Source: Thermoplasmata archaeon (GTDB lineage: Archaea > Thermoplasmatota > Thermoplasmata > Lutacidiplasmatales > UBA184). From it: 64,000 bases of DNA. The DNA is taken from NCBI GenBank assembly GCA_030041175.1, contig JASHOK010000006.1, forward strand, positions 7,710 to 71,709, given 5' to 3'. Below, piece by piece: positions 52,641-62,737 of this stretch (position 1 is its first letter; every line of letters begins with the position of its first letter). Both the position numbers and the translations under genes were made by a program. Below the pieces are notes generated by a model. That model ran no database searches, was not told where the DNA came from, and saw only the letters and a program-made list of their open reading frames with translations.

Positions 52641-54200
52641 GTGCAGGCACCCGTCGACCGGGCGTGGCTCAACGGACGGGTGTTTACCGGGACTCGCTTC
52701 GCCGAGGCGTTCCTCGTGGAAGGGGGCGAGGTGCGCGAGGTCGGTTCGGACGACGTGATCCGGCGGGCCAAGGGTGCGGGGGCCGACGTGGTCGACCTCC
52801 GGGGACGCCTCGTGATCCCGGGCCTCACGGACCTTCACATGCACCTGACGGACACGGTTCTCGAGCGCGAGGGGGTGGACCTTCGCGGTGCCCGGAGCCG
52901 GGAGGAGTTCACGGCTCGCGTGAAGGGCGGCCTCGCTCGCGTCGGGGAGGGGCCCCTCGTCGGAGTCGGTTGGGATGCGTCGCTCTGGCCCGACGGCCGA
53001 GAGCCGACACGGGAGGAGCTCGACCGTATGTCGGCCGACCGGCCGATTATCCTATTCCAGGTGAGCATGCACGCCGCTGTGCTGAACTCCGCCGCGCTGG
53101 AAGCATCGGGGATCGACGAAGGCTCGGCCGATCCACCGGGCGGCGCCTACGGGCGAACACCCGAGGGCCGGTTGAACGGGATCCTCTACGACGCAGCGAT
53201 GGCCCGGCTGGAAACGTCGGCAGCCTCGGTCGAGTGGGTCCGGAACCACCGGGCCGCGTACGCACGCCTGTTCGTGGAGGCCGCCGCGATGGGCCTGACC
53301 ACACTCTGCCCCGTCCTGGCGTCGCCCGCCGAGATCCGTACCGTCTCCGAGCTGGCGACCGAGCCCCTGCCGGTTCGAATCCGATTCTATCTCGACCTCC
53401 GGGCTCTCGAGGCCGTCTCCGCGTTGCCTCCGCCCCCGTCCGATGGTCGCTGGAGGGTGACCGGAGTCAAGGCGATCACTGACGGAGCGTTCGGTACCCG
53501 GACCGCCTGGCTCGATGCACCCTACACCGACCGGCCGGACACCGCCGGGTTCCCGATATGGACCGACGGCGACCTCGCCGAGGGACTTGCCGCAGCGGCA
53601 GAGCTTGGTCTGACTCCAGCCCTGCACGCCATTGGCGACCGGGCTCTGGCCCGGGTACTGTCGATGCTCGACCATGTCCGGGTTTCCGGCACTCCCCGCA
53701 TCGAGCATGCTTCGCTGACCCCACCGTCTCTCTGGCCGGCGCTCGAACGGCAGCGACCCCAGCTCGTCGTCGAGCCTCACTTTGTGGAAACGGACCGGTG
53801 GCTCGTGACCCGCCTGGGTCCGGAACGAGCCCGGTGGACGTACGCCTTCCGGACGCTCACCGATCATGGTTTCGCCCTGGGGGGTGCTAGCGATTCCCCG
53901 GTGGAGCCCCTGGACCCCTGGACGGGGATCCGGGCCGCCGTGGAGCGGGTTCCCCGCTCCGACTTCGGCCGCTTGACGGCCTCGGAGCGACTGGCTCCGA
54001 TCGAGGCTCTCCAGCTCTACACCCGGAATAGCGGCCCGATCCTCGGTGAACCGACCCTCGGCTGCATCGCGGCCGGAGGTCCAGCGGATTTCGTGGTGAC
54101 GTCGGTTTCTTCCCTCGACGCCGCTCTCGCCGCCGGGCGGTTCGGTATCGGGGAAACGTGGTTGGGAGGCCGGCGGAGCTTTCCCACGGTAGCGGCTTAA
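52641..54200 (+). CDS. amidohydrolase-family (Amidohydro_3-type) metal-dependent hydrolase
   Basis: VIPGLTDLHMHL, HAIGDRA, IEHASL and GGASDSPVEPLDP motifs. Confidence 0.8.
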   Translation: MQAPVDRAWLNGRVFTGTRFAEAFLVEGGEVREVGSDDVIRRAKGAGADVVDLRGRLVIPGLTDLHMHLTDTVLEREGVDLRGARSREEFTARVKGGLARVGEGPLVGVGWDASLWPDGREPTREELDRMSADRPIILFQVSMHAAVLNSAALEASGIDEGSADPPGGAYGRTPEGRLNGILYDAAMARLETSAASVEWVRNHRAAYARLFVEAAAMGLTTLCPVLASPAEIRTVSELATEPLPVRIRFYLDLRALEAVSALPPPPSDGRWRVTGVKAITDGAFGTRTAWLDAPYTDRPDTAGFPIWTDGDLAEGLAAAAELGLTPALHAIGDRALARVLSMLDHVRVSGTPRIEHASLTPPSLWPALERQRPQLVVEPHFVETDRWLVTRLGPERARWTYAFRTLTDHGFALGGASDSPVEPLDPWTGIRAAVERVPRSDFGRLTASERLAPIEALQLYTRNSGPILGEPTLGCIAAGGPADFVVTSVSSLDAALAAGRFGIGETWLGGRRSFPTVAA

Positions 54201-54232
54201 GGCCCCGGCGCTCAGGCCCCGACGGCCGGACC

Positions 54233-54799
54233 ATGAGCGCTGTCACCCCGGTGCCCCCGTTCAAGACGTTCTCTCCGACGATGCGCGTCGACGCGCTACT
54301 CGGAGATTGGAGGGCGGAACTACCCGTCGAGCTCAGCGCCGAGGAGCGCGAGGGGCGCTTGTACGCGCGCGCTTGGGAAGAATACCTGACGGGGGACTAT
54401 GGGTTCGGCCTCTGGTGCTGGCACGAGACCGACCGTCTGACGAATTCGCTCAACGGCAGCGTCAAGGAAGTGACCCGGGTCCTCGGACCCGGCCACTTCT
54501 TCGGCTTCTCCCATCGACGGGCGGTCGCCGAGAAGGTCCCGCTGGAGCGAATCCATCGGCCCCGGAAGGGCGAGATGAGCACCCCCCGGCCGGAAGCGAT
54601 CGTACTGGCCAACTACCAGCTCTTGTGCACCTACCTGGTGCAGGGGCGGCTCGGCGACCCGAAAGCGAAGGCCCAGTTCGAGATCGCTCTGCTGGACCTG
54701 GAAGATCGCCGCCGTACGGACCCGTATCTCAAGTTCTTCGAAACGTTCCGTGACCTTCTCGACCGCTCGGCGAAGGCCCCGGCGCCCAAGCCGGCATAA
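54233..54799 (+). CDS. hypothetical protein (188 aa)
   Basis: Start at ATG 54233. Balanced composition. No family recognised. Confidence 0.5.
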   Translation: MSAVTPVPPFKTFSPTMRVDALLGDWRAELPVELSAEEREGRLYARAWEEYLTGDYGFGLWCWHETDRLTNSLNGSVKEVTRVLGPGHFFGFSHRRAVAEKVPLERIHRPRKGEMSTPRPEAIVLANYQLLCTYLVQGRLGDPKAKAQFEIALLDLEDRRRTDPYLKFFETFRDLLDRSAKAPAPKPA

Positions 54800-54818
54800 C
54801 GCGAGCGGCTCCCGGCCG

Positions 54819-55643
54819 ATGACGACCAAGTGGCTAGTCCGGTTCGGGTACGACGGTGAGGGGTTCGCGGGGTGGGCCCGACAACCGGGACGGCGCACGG
54901 TCGAGGGAACCCTCCGAGAGGGGATTCCGCGAGTCGGGGTCGCGTCGAGCGCGGAGGCCGCCGGACTCACGGTCGCGAGTCGTACCGATCGCGGCGTCAG
55001 TGCCCGGGCGAATGCGATGGTCGTTCGCTCCGATCTCCCCGGCCCCGCAGTCCTGCGCGCATTGAACGGAGTGGCGCCGGATATCTTCTGCACCGCCGTC
55101 GTGGCGGTGGAGGAGGGATTCTCTCCGAGATCGGCCATCGGACGCTGGTACCGGTACTTCGAGCCGTCCGAGGGCTGGCACCTCTCCCGCTGGCGCTCGG
55201 GCGCCGCCCGGTTCCGGGGGGATATCGACGCCCGTTCGTTCGGCCGCGGCCTCCCGGTCGACCGACCGGTCCGAAGGACCGTCGAGGCGGTCGAGGTCCA
55301 CCGAGCCGGCCGAGGATGGTTCGTCATCGACGTGAAAGGTCCCTCGTTTGTCTGGGGTATGGTGCGAAAGATCGTCGCAGCGCTCCGAGCCGTCGACGAC
55401 CGGTCCCTTAGCCTCGAGGACCTGGACGCGGCGCTCGGTGGGCACCGACGATTGACCTTGCCCCTGGCCGAGCCGGAGCGACTCGTGCTCTGGGAGGTCC
55501 GATACCCCACTCCGTGGGCGGAGGAGTGGACGGGGCCCAATCGCGCGCAGTCCCGGCACCTTCGACGGGTGGTGACGCACGCGCGTCTGCGGAGCACCAT
55601 CGGTGCCCAGCTGCCCGGGGCCGACGCCCACCCGTCTCGGTAG
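54819..55643 (+). CDS. truA: tRNA pseudouridine(38-40) synthase
   Basis: VRFGYDGEGFAGWARQP, the catalytic-Asp region ASRTDRGVSA, and FVWGMVRKIV. Confidence 0.85.
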   Translation: MTTKWLVRFGYDGEGFAGWARQPGRRTVEGTLREGIPRVGVASSAEAAGLTVASRTDRGVSARANAMVVRSDLPGPAVLRALNGVAPDIFCTAVVAVEEGFSPRSAIGRWYRYFEPSEGWHLSRWRSGAARFRGDIDARSFGRGLPVDRPVRRTVEAVEVHRAGRGWFVIDVKGPSFVWGMVRKIVAALRAVDDRSLSLEDLDAALGGHRRLTLPLAEPERLVLWEVRYPTPWAEEWTGPNRAQSRHLRRVVTHARLRSTIGAQLPGADAHPSR

Positions 55644-55657
55644 GTGCGTAGCTCGGC

Positions 55658-56539
55658 CTAAGCAGCGGCGAGCAGCCGATTCCAGTCCTGCTCGCCGGCC
55701 CAGTCGTCGAGGGTGTGCCACCCGATCTCGGGATAGTCATGGCGGAGGGCCGGGATGTCGACGGTATACCCATGCTGTCCGAGCCACTCGCTCATCTTGG
55801 CGAGGTCCGGGTTCTGCTGCCGGATTCCCTCCAATGGGAGGACCTGGAGCCGGACCGGCCGGCCGATCCGCTGGCTGAGAACGCTGGCGACCTGCACCGG
55901 CGTAAGCTCGTCACCGGCGACCTCGACCCGCTGACCCCGAAACCTGCTGGCCTTTTCGATGAGCATCGTATCGAAGGCCGCCAGATCCTCGAGAGCGATC
56001 ATCTGGATGGGCTTGTCCGCCGGCACCCAGGAGCCGTAGGTTCCCTGCCGGAGGCCAGGAAGGGCGAAGGGGGCGACGACGTTCTCCATGAACGAGACCG
56101 GCCCGACGATCGCGAACGGAAGTCCGCTGGTCCGCAGCTGGTGCTCGACAGCGAACTTGCTGTCGAAGTGCGGAATGCCGGTGTGCTGGCTCGCCGAGGC
56201 CACGGAGGAATAGAGGACGAACGGGACCTCCGCGGCTCGAAGACCCTCGATGACCGATATGCCCTGCTTCCGCTCCACGTCGGCGCCGGCGAAGGGCGTT
56301 CCCATCAGGAAGGCCGCGTCCACGAGCTGCGCAGCCTGCTCGACCGACGACGGATCGTCGAAGCTGCCCTGCACGACCTCGACACCTTGGGCCCGCAGAG
56401 CCTTCGCGGCGGGGGTGGTAGGGTCCCGTACGAGGGCCCGCAATCGATGGCCCCGCGCCTTGAGCTGCCTGAGCAGAGTTCCGCCCTGCTTTCCCGTGGC
56501 ACCGGTTACGAGGACATGGAGGGACCGGTCGGCCATCAT
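55658..56539 (-). CDS. NmrA-family NAD(P)-binding protein
   Basis: VLVTGATGKQGG Rossmann motif and NmrA-like length. Start at MMADRS (ATG 56539). Confidence 0.8.
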   Translation of the reverse strand: MMADRSLHVLVTGATGKQGGTLLRQLKARGHRLRALVRDPTTPAAKALRAQGVEVVQGSFDDPSSVEQAAQLVDAAFLMGTPFAGADVERKQGISVIEGLRAAEVPFVLYSSVASASQHTGIPHFDSKFAVEHQLRTSGLPFAIVGPVSFMENVVAPFALPGLRQGTYGSWVPADKPIQMIALEDLAAFDTMLIEKASRFRGQRVEVAGDELTPVQVASVLSQRIGRPVRLQVLPLEGIRQQNPDLAKMSEWLGQHGYTVDIPALRHDYPEIGWHTLDDWAGEQDWNRLLAAA

Positions 56540-56799
56540 GTGGACGGAAGATTTCGAAGAGGGCATCGGCCGCACGAAGTTCACTAGGGCAAAGCATTGA
56601 CTCCCGGGGACCGAGCGGTCCTGCCAAGTCCCGGAATGGCCGTCGCCGCGTTGAAATATTCCGAAACCGACGTTCATGTCGAGAGGCAAGGCGCACGTCA
56701 GCCCCACCGCCTGAGAGTTGGCCCCCGCCGCCGGCGACGCCGAGACCGACCGGGCTCGAAGCGGCGCGCAGTTGGTACCGGCGTCATCGCCCCGCGCTC

Positions 56800-57753
56800 G
56801 TGCTGGTGGGCCTCTCGATTCTCATCCCGGAGCTCCTGACGGGCTCGACGCGGGTCGCATCCCTCCTGAACCCGGTCGCGGATCTGTTCCTGCTCGGACT
56901 CTACGGAGGCGGCGTGCTCGTGATTCGAGAGGTCGCCCTTCGGTGGAATCGCGGCTGGGCTCCCGTCCTGTTGCTCGGAGGAGCGTACGCGATCGTCGAG
57001 GAGGGTCTCGGCACGAAGACGTTCTTCGATTGGGTCGAAATCGGGCGGCCGAACTTTGGACCCTATACTCACTGGGCGGGCGTGAACTGGGTGTGGGTCG
57101 GTGAGCTCACGGTTTTCCACGCCGTATTCAGCATCGCACTGCCGATCGCTCTGACGGGGCTGCTATTCCCCCCGGCAAGCACCCTCCGGTTCCTGACGAA
57201 CCGGGGAGTGGTCGCGACTTTCGGGGCGTACCTGGTGACCACGACCACGATGTTCTTCCTTTTCGTCCGGCCCTTTACACTGGCCCCGCCACTCCTGGCC
57301 GGCTGCCTCCTTTCGATAGTCGTCCTCGTGGTCGCGGCCTGGCGGGTACCCGCCGGTTGGCTCCGGCCTCGGACGCCCGAGCCGGCGATGGCTCCGCGAA
57401 CGGCGTTCTGGCTCGGTGCCGGATTTGTGTGGGGGTTCTTCGTCATCTTTCTCGGGCTTCCCGGCCTCCTCCGGGATCCCTTCCTCACGGTCGGCGTGGG
57501 GTGGGCCTATTCCTGGGCGTGCCTCTGGCTCCTGCGAGCCCGTCTCGGAGTACTGGGGAACGAGTCCCAGATCGCCTACCTCTGCCTGGGGCTGCTGACG
57601 TTCTTCGTGGTGTTCGCAGGTCTCGAAGAGTTCGCGGGAGACCTGTACGCCTTTCTCGCGATCGCGGCGGTACTCTACGTGATGTTCCGCGTATTCCGAA
57701 TGTACCGATCGGTCGGAGCCGCGGTCAACATCCCCGCCGGGGCCGCTGCGTAG
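56800..57753 (+). CDS. polytopic membrane protein, function unknown
   Basis: About 8 TM segments. GTG start. A 260-bp spacer upstream has no canonical in-frame start. Confidence 0.55.
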   Translation: MLVGLSILIPELLTGSTRVASLLNPVADLFLLGLYGGGVLVIREVALRWNRGWAPVLLLGGAYAIVEEGLGTKTFFDWVEIGRPNFGPYTHWAGVNWVWVGELTVFHAVFSIALPIALTGLLFPPASTLRFLTNRGVVATFGAYLVTTTTMFFLFVRPFTLAPPLLAGCLLSIVVLVVAAWRVPAGWLRPRTPEPAMAPRTAFWLGAGFVWGFFVIFLGLPGLLRDPFLTVGVGWAYSWACLWLLRARLGVLGNESQIAYLCLGLLTFFVVFAGLEEFAGDLYAFLAIAAVLYVMFRVFRMYRSVGAAVNIPAGAAA

Positions 57754-57895
57754 GGCTCCCGAATCCTCCGATCGACCCCCGGTCCGGGCGGCTCTCGGGG
57801 TTGGGCCACGGTCATTAGGGCTCGGCCCATCACTCCGCCCGTCTTTCGATGACCGGGCTCGACCCCCCCGCGGCTCGTACCACACTCGCTTTCGG

Positions 57896-58657
57896 TTGGG
57901 GGCCGCCGTGACCGCTCCCGGTGCCTTGGCCGGGCGTCGGGTGGTGGTCACCGGCGCCGGGAGGGGACTCGGCCGGGCCTTCGCCATCGTTGCGGCGGAT
58001 CAGGGAGCGAACCTCGTTCTCCTGGGGCGGGACCTCGCAAAGCTCGAGGCCGTGGCCGCCGCCATCGGGGCCCGTACCGGCAGCACTCCGCAAACGATCC
58101 GCTGCGACCTCGGCGACGCGGAAAGTGTCGGGCGTGCCTGCACGACCGTGCTCGACCGTGATGGGATCGTTGACGTTCTCGTGAACAACGGTGCCCCATG
58201 GCTGTCAGGACGATTCGCCGACCTCGAGGACGCCGACATTCGTGCGACCGTGATGGCTGCGGGGGCCGGAACGATTCTGGTCACGAAGGGACTGCTCTCC
58301 GGCCTTCGCCGGTCCACCGCGGCCGACATCGTGACCATCGTATCGACGTCGGGCCTGAAGGGCCAGGAACCCGGCGTTGCCTCGGTGGCCTTTACCGCGG
58401 CGAAGTTCGCCCAGGCCGGTATCAGCGAGCATCTGGGGTCCGAACTGCGACCCGAGGGAATCCGGGTGACTGCAATTTACCCGCCGGACTTCGAGGACTC
58501 GGATCCGCTCGGGCCGGAGTGGCTGAAGGACCGAGACCCGGCTTCGGGTGCGCGGCTGAGCAACCGGGAAGTGGTGGCCGCGATCCTGTTCGCCGTGACG
58601 GCACCTCGGGTTTGTGCGTACACCGAGATTGTCCTCGCGAACATGGGGCGGCGGTGA
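57896..58657 (+). CDS. SDR-family oxidoreductase
   Basis: VVVTGAGRGLGRAFA (TGxxxGxG), NNGA, and catalytic-region AFTAAKFA. Confidence 0.85.
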   Translation: MGAAVTAPGALAGRRVVVTGAGRGLGRAFAIVAADQGANLVLLGRDLAKLEAVAAAIGARTGSTPQTIRCDLGDAESVGRACTTVLDRDGIVDVLVNNGAPWLSGRFADLEDADIRATVMAAGAGTILVTKGLLSGLRRSTAADIVTIVSTSGLKGQEPGVASVAFTAAKFAQAGISEHLGSELRPEGIRVTAIYPPDFEDSDPLGPEWLKDRDPASGARLSNREVVAAILFAVTAPRVCAYTEIVLANMGRR

Positions 58658-58829
58658 GTCGACGCGCCTCCGCCCGGTCCCAACCCACCCCGCGGACCGG
58701 CCTCTGACGGTTGGTCGAAGCTTTGGACGTGCGCGAACCGGCGGATAGGCCGCTCAGTGGCCCCCCAGATCCCGGTAGGGGCCTGCGGCACTCGGAGGGC
58801 ACGATGCGCGGGTACGGAGTCCACCGACA

Positions 58830-60137
58830 ATGAACGACGTCGCTGCGCTGCTCCTCGCGCTCACCGTCGGCGGTGTCATCGTTCGCCAGCTGCTGCGGCG
58901 GGGTCCCCCGATATGGACGATTTTCGCAGCCGGCGCGTTCTTGATGGTGGCCACCGAGTCCCTGCCGCTGACAGGCGCCAGCGCCGCCATCGGTGCCAAC
59001 CTCCCGATTCTCGTCTTCCTGTTCTCGCTCTTCCTGTTCGCGACCGCCCTCGACGAGGCTGGGGCCCTGGAGCACCTGGCCGAGTGGATCCTCGGAAGGG
59101 CCCGCCGGTGGGCGGACGTGCCCCTCGTGCTCTTTGCCGCATTCGCTCTGTTGTCCGCGTTCATTCTCAACGACGCCCTCGTGCTCATCGGGGTCCCGTT
59201 GCTGTTTCGGGTGGGGCGACGCATCCACATCTCTCCGGAACCGTTGCTCCTCACCCTGGCACTCTCCGTGACGGTGGGGAGCGTGCTGACTCCGTTCGGG
59301 AACCCGCAGAACCTCCTCGTATCGCTGGACAGCGGCGTTCCGGCGCCGGTGGCCACGTTCCTGCGCTATCTCCTGCTGCCGACACTGGTGAATATCGCGC
59401 TGGGTGGACTCTACCTTCGACACGTCTTCGGCCGACCGCTGGCGCGGGAGCTCGAAGCCCGAAATACCCCGATGGCCACGCCCGTGCCGTTCTTTCCGGC
59501 CGGGGACCTTCTCCCCCGGATCGTCCGGCATCCGGTGCTCGTGATCTTTCCGGTCACGATGATCGGGCTGATAACGGCCGACCTGGTCGCGGCGTACACC
59601 AGTGGGCCGGCGATTCCTCTCTACGCCGTGGCGCTCGGTGCCGCTCTCGTAATGTTACTTGCAACCCCGGGGCGCTCCGGTCTGCTCGGCCGGGTCGACT
59701 GGTCCATCCTGATTCTGTTCGCTTGCCTCTTCGTCGTCGTCGCGGGAGCGGTGAATGGCGGAGTCGTGGCGGCGCTCGAACATGTATTCCCGATCCCGGG
59801 GCCCGGCGACCGGGTGGAAGCCCTCGGCGCGATTATTCTTACGAGCGTGGGTGGGCCGCAGCTCGTCAGTAATGTCCCCTGGGTGGGCCTCCAGATCGCC
59901 CTCCTCCATGGCCTGGGCTACGGGAGCAACACCCCATGGGCGTGGGTGGCGCTGGCCGCCGGAAGCACGCTGGCGGGAAACCTGACGCTGCTCGGAGCGG
60001 CGAGCAACCTCATCGTGGTGGAGCAGGCCGAGCGGGCCGGTCTCCGTATCGGACTCCGGTCGTTCATTCGGGTGGGGCTCCCCCTGACAGGAATCACGGT
60101 GAGCGTCCTGTTCGTGTGCCTCTGGGCCGGGCTCTGA
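58830..60137 (+). CDS. ArsB/NhaD-superfamily (SLC13-like) anion permease
   Basis: About 11-12 TM segments. ILVFLFSLFLFATALDEAG and GNPQNLLV-type re-entrant motifs resemble the citrate/arsenite permease superfamily. Confidence 0.7.
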   Translation: MNDVAALLLALTVGGVIVRQLLRRGPPIWTIFAAGAFLMVATESLPLTGASAAIGANLPILVFLFSLFLFATALDEAGALEHLAEWILGRARRWADVPLVLFAAFALLSAFILNDALVLIGVPLLFRVGRRIHISPEPLLLTLALSVTVGSVLTPFGNPQNLLVSLDSGVPAPVATFLRYLLLPTLVNIALGGLYLRHVFGRPLARELEARNTPMATPVPFFPAGDLLPRIVRHPVLVIFPVTMIGLITADLVAAYTSGPAIPLYAVALGAALVMLLATPGRSGLLGRVDWSILILFACLFVVVAGAVNGGVVAALEHVFPIPGPGDRVEALGAIILTSVGGPQLVSNVPWVGLQIALLHGLGYGSNTPWAWVALAAGSTLAGNLTLLGAASNLIVVEQAERAGLRIGLRSFIRVGLPLTGITVSVLFVCLWAGL

Positions 60138-60142
60138 GTGCG

Positions 60143-61408
60143 ATGGCGGGCGGTTCGAGTTCGAACGACCCTGCGTCGCCGGCAGGGGGCCGGTTTTCCT
60201 TTCCGCATATTTTCGGCGGCGTTTGGCTGGCGTACGCCGGTTACGGAATCCTTCTCGCGGTGCTCCCGCTCGCCGAGCTAGCCGAGGGCGGCGGCCCGCT
60301 GCTCGCAACGCTGGTGGTCGGCGCTCCGCTGCTGGCACAGACCCTGTCGTCGTGGGGCTGGGGCTGGCTGGCCGACCGGACCGGGGCGCGACGAGTGCCG
60401 CTGGTGCTAGCCATGGTGCTCCAGGTGCCGCTCTTCGCAGCCTTTCCGGTTCTGGATGCCACGGGGTTGTTCGCCGTGCGGATCGTCCAGAGCGGGCTGT
60501 TTGGGGCTGTCGTTCTCGCGACCACGCAAGCGACGGAGGATCGCTCGGCGTCCGCGGCGTTCCGTCTCGGTCGGCTTCAACTCGCCCAGAACGCCGGGAT
60601 GTTACTCGGCGTGGTCGTTGCCATTCCGATCCTGCTCGGTGCGGGGTTCCGGCTCTCCTCGGAGGCCGGCTGGGAGCTCGTAACGCTCCTCGGGGCGTTC
60701 AGCGGCCTCTCCGGGATAGTATTCGGCTTCTCGGGGGAGCCGGCGGCCGCCCAACGACCACCGGTACCGACGACCTTCACCCCGACGACAAATCCGGGCA
60801 TCTTCGGTCTGGCCGGCGCCACCACGGCCGTCTCTTCGGTCCGGTACATCGCGGTCACGGCCATCCCCGTGTACCTCGCCAGCAGCCTCGGAAGCCACGG
60901 CCTCTTCGGAATACCGGCGAACACGACCGTCCAGCTGGCGGTCTGGGTCGCCGTCTCCTCCACGCTGAACCTGCTGGCGTCGCCCTTCTCTGGGAGATGG
61001 GCCGAAACCTCGGTGACCCGGCGGCGGAGCCTGCTCGTATTCGCTCTGGTCTACTCCGTGATTTGGGCGGCCATCGCCCTATCGCCGACCTATCCGGTCG
61101 TGTTTGCCGTGTGGAGCCTTCCGGTGGCGGTATTCTTCACTGTCGCCGGCGTCCGAGAGGCCGCTTTCCTGAGCACGCCCTCCCAACGTGGGCGGGCCGT
61201 GGGACTACTCACCGCCGCCTTCAACCTCGGGGGTCTGGTCGGAGGGATCGTTGCCGGGGTTCTTCTGGCCCGAGCCGTTCCCGTTCAGACGGTCTTCGTC
61301 GTGGCTGCTCTGGGAAGCCTCCTCGCGGCCCTGCTGTTCCTACCGGGAGTGCTTCGGCGGTCCGAACCGCCAGCCGCCACGGGCCCGCCGGCGTCGTCAG
61401 AGCCCTAG
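60143..61408 (+). CDS. MFS transporter
   Basis: 12 TM segments with WGWLADRTGARR in the loop 2-3 position. Start at MAGGSSS (ATG 60143). Confidence 0.75.
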   Translation: MAGGSSSNDPASPAGGRFSFPHIFGGVWLAYAGYGILLAVLPLAELAEGGGPLLATLVVGAPLLAQTLSSWGWGWLADRTGARRVPLVLAMVLQVPLFAAFPVLDATGLFAVRIVQSGLFGAVVLATTQATEDRSASAAFRLGRLQLAQNAGMLLGVVVAIPILLGAGFRLSSEAGWELVTLLGAFSGLSGIVFGFSGEPAAAQRPPVPTTFTPTTNPGIFGLAGATTAVSSVRYIAVTAIPVYLASSLGSHGLFGIPANTTVQLAVWVAVSSTLNLLASPFSGRWAETSVTRRRSLLVFALVYSVIWAAIALSPTYPVVFAVWSLPVAVFFTVAGVREAAFLSTPSQRGRAVGLLTAAFNLGGLVGGIVAGVLLARAVPVQTVFVVAALGSLLAALLFLPGVLRRSEPPAATGPPASSEP

Positions 61409-62068
61409 GAGGGACGGAAGCCCGCGAAGGTCCGGCAGCGTGTAGGTCGGTCGGGGCATGGGAGGGGCTTCGAGGCCATACCGGTTGATCCAGACCGTCC
61501 GAATGCCCAGCGCCTCGGCGGGGACAATGTCATGGAACAGGCTCTGCGCCACGTGCAACACCGCCGATACGTCCAACGACGTATCGCGAAAGAAGCGGTT
61601 CCAGTGGGCCGGTGCCGGCTTGTAGGAACGCACATCCTCTGCCGTGATGACCCCGTCCACTTCTAGGGAATTCCGGCGGATGGTTTCGGAGAGGAGATCT
61701 CGGTCGACGTTCGAAAGTATGTAGCGTCCGACCCCGCTGCGGCCGAGCCCGCGCAGGGCCTCTGCGGTGTCCGGAAACACCGGCCAGCTCGGCAGGCTCT
61801 TGGCGAACTCTCGCGCCGCCACGGCGGGGAGATTCACCCCAAGTCGCTGGGCGGTCCGGAGTGCGGAGGCCGCGAGGATGTCTCGATAAGGGGCATAGTT
61901 CCCCTCGAGTTCTCGTTCGGCTGTGTCGTAGGTTGGGAAGACCGGACGCTGGCCTTCCATCCCGGCCGCCCGCAGACGCTGCCCCAGGCTCTCCTCGATC
62001 CCGCTTCGCCAGTCTACGAGGGTGCCGTAGCAATCGAACGTACAGGCGCGCACGCGGTCCGCGGACAT
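61397..62068 (-). CDS. haloacid dehalogenase type II / HAD-superfamily hydrolase
   Basis: Motif I FDCYGTLVDW near the N-terminus when the start is MSADRV (ATG 62068). Also ILSNVD and HVAQSLFHDI. The longer forms (62095, 62122) look less likely. Confidence 0.8.
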   Translation of the reverse strand: MSADRVRACTFDCYGTLVDWRSGIEESLGQRLRAAGMEGQRPVFPTYDTAERELEGNYAPYRDILAASALRTAQRLGVNLPAVAAREFAKSLPSWPVFPDTAEALRGLGRSGVGRYILSNVDRDLLSETIRRNSLEVDGVITAEDVRSYKPAPAHWNRFFRDTSLDVSAVLHVAQSLFHDIVPAEALGIRTVWINRYGLEAPPMPRPTYTLPDLRGLPSLLGL

Positions 62069-62201
62069 CCGTTGCCTCTCCGCGGTGCTGGTCATCGCCG
62101 GCCGAGCAGTGCTGCGGTCCATAAGCCTCGCGCAGCCCGGTCGACACAGGGATTATCCCGCCGCGATCCCTGACGTCCCATCGGCGACAGCGGAGGGCCC
62201 G

Positions 62202-62729
62202 ATGCCGCGGGCACCAGTACGGCGAATCACGCGCTTCACGGTAATGGCGACGTTGCAGGCCGCCCGCGCCCGACACCTCGGACTGCCGCAGGATTCGGCG
62301 TACTCGTGGGGCCTCAACCGCGCCATCTTCTATGCTGCGGCCAAGCGCGGATTCAGCGGAGGTCGGACGGCACCGTCTACGGACGGCGTCGGGTCCGCGC
62401 CCGAGCCCGCGAAGGACCTGTACTCGCTCGGGAACGATGAGGCCTACCGGGATCCCTCCACCTCGAGCCTGCGATTCACGATCGGAGGCGAGACCCAGAC
62501 GCCGGAGGCGTTCGATCGTCAGGTCGCGGTCCGCTTCGGGAGCGAAGCGAACTTTGGCCGTGCATGGGCCGAGGCGATGAGCATCGTAAGCGAGTTTGAC
62601 GAGAAGGTCCTCCGGTCGGGGAGAGACTTTTACGGGCTCGTCTACAAGCCTCGACGAGACGCACTCGTTGCCAAGTGGTCCAAGGAGTTCCATCCCGGGG
62701 ACGTTCGGGATAGCTCTACTCCGGGTTGA
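62202..62729 (+). CDS. hypothetical protein (start 62202 or 62244)
   Basis: Composition is more protein-like than the competing 387-aa antisense ORF. No family recognised. Confidence 0.4.
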   Translation: MPRAPVRRITRFTVMATLQAARARHLGLPQDSAYSWGLNRAIFYAAAKRGFSGGRTAPSTDGVGSAPEPAKDLYSLGNDEAYRDPSTSSLRFTIGGETQTPEAFDRQVAVRFGSEANFGRAWAEAMSIVSEFDEKVLRSGRDFYGLVYKPRRDALVAKWSKEFHPGDVRDSSTPG

Positions 62730-62737
62730 AGTGAGCT

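Noticed and set aside
54320-55600. 426-aa minus-strand ORF
   Set aside because: It is antisense to the 188-aa hypothetical gene and to truA. It has extreme R/S/T/P content, while truA motifs are clear on the plus strand.
56540-56799. 260-bp spacer between the NmrA-like and membrane-protein genes as a possible ncRNA locus
   Set aside because: I could not find convincing secondary structure, repeats or a conserved-looking motif. There is only a weak AT patch (gaaatatt at about 56653), which is probably just promoter space.
60223-61488. 421-aa alternative-frame ORF over the second MFS gene
   Set aside because: The product is R/G-rich and not membrane-like. The annotated frame gives 12 clean TM helices.
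61530-62693. 387-aa minus-strand ORF spanning the HAD gene (other frame) and the 62202 hypothetical (antisense)
   Set aside because: The product is arginine-rich and low complexity. It overlaps the well-supported HAD hydrolase frame, so both cannot be real.
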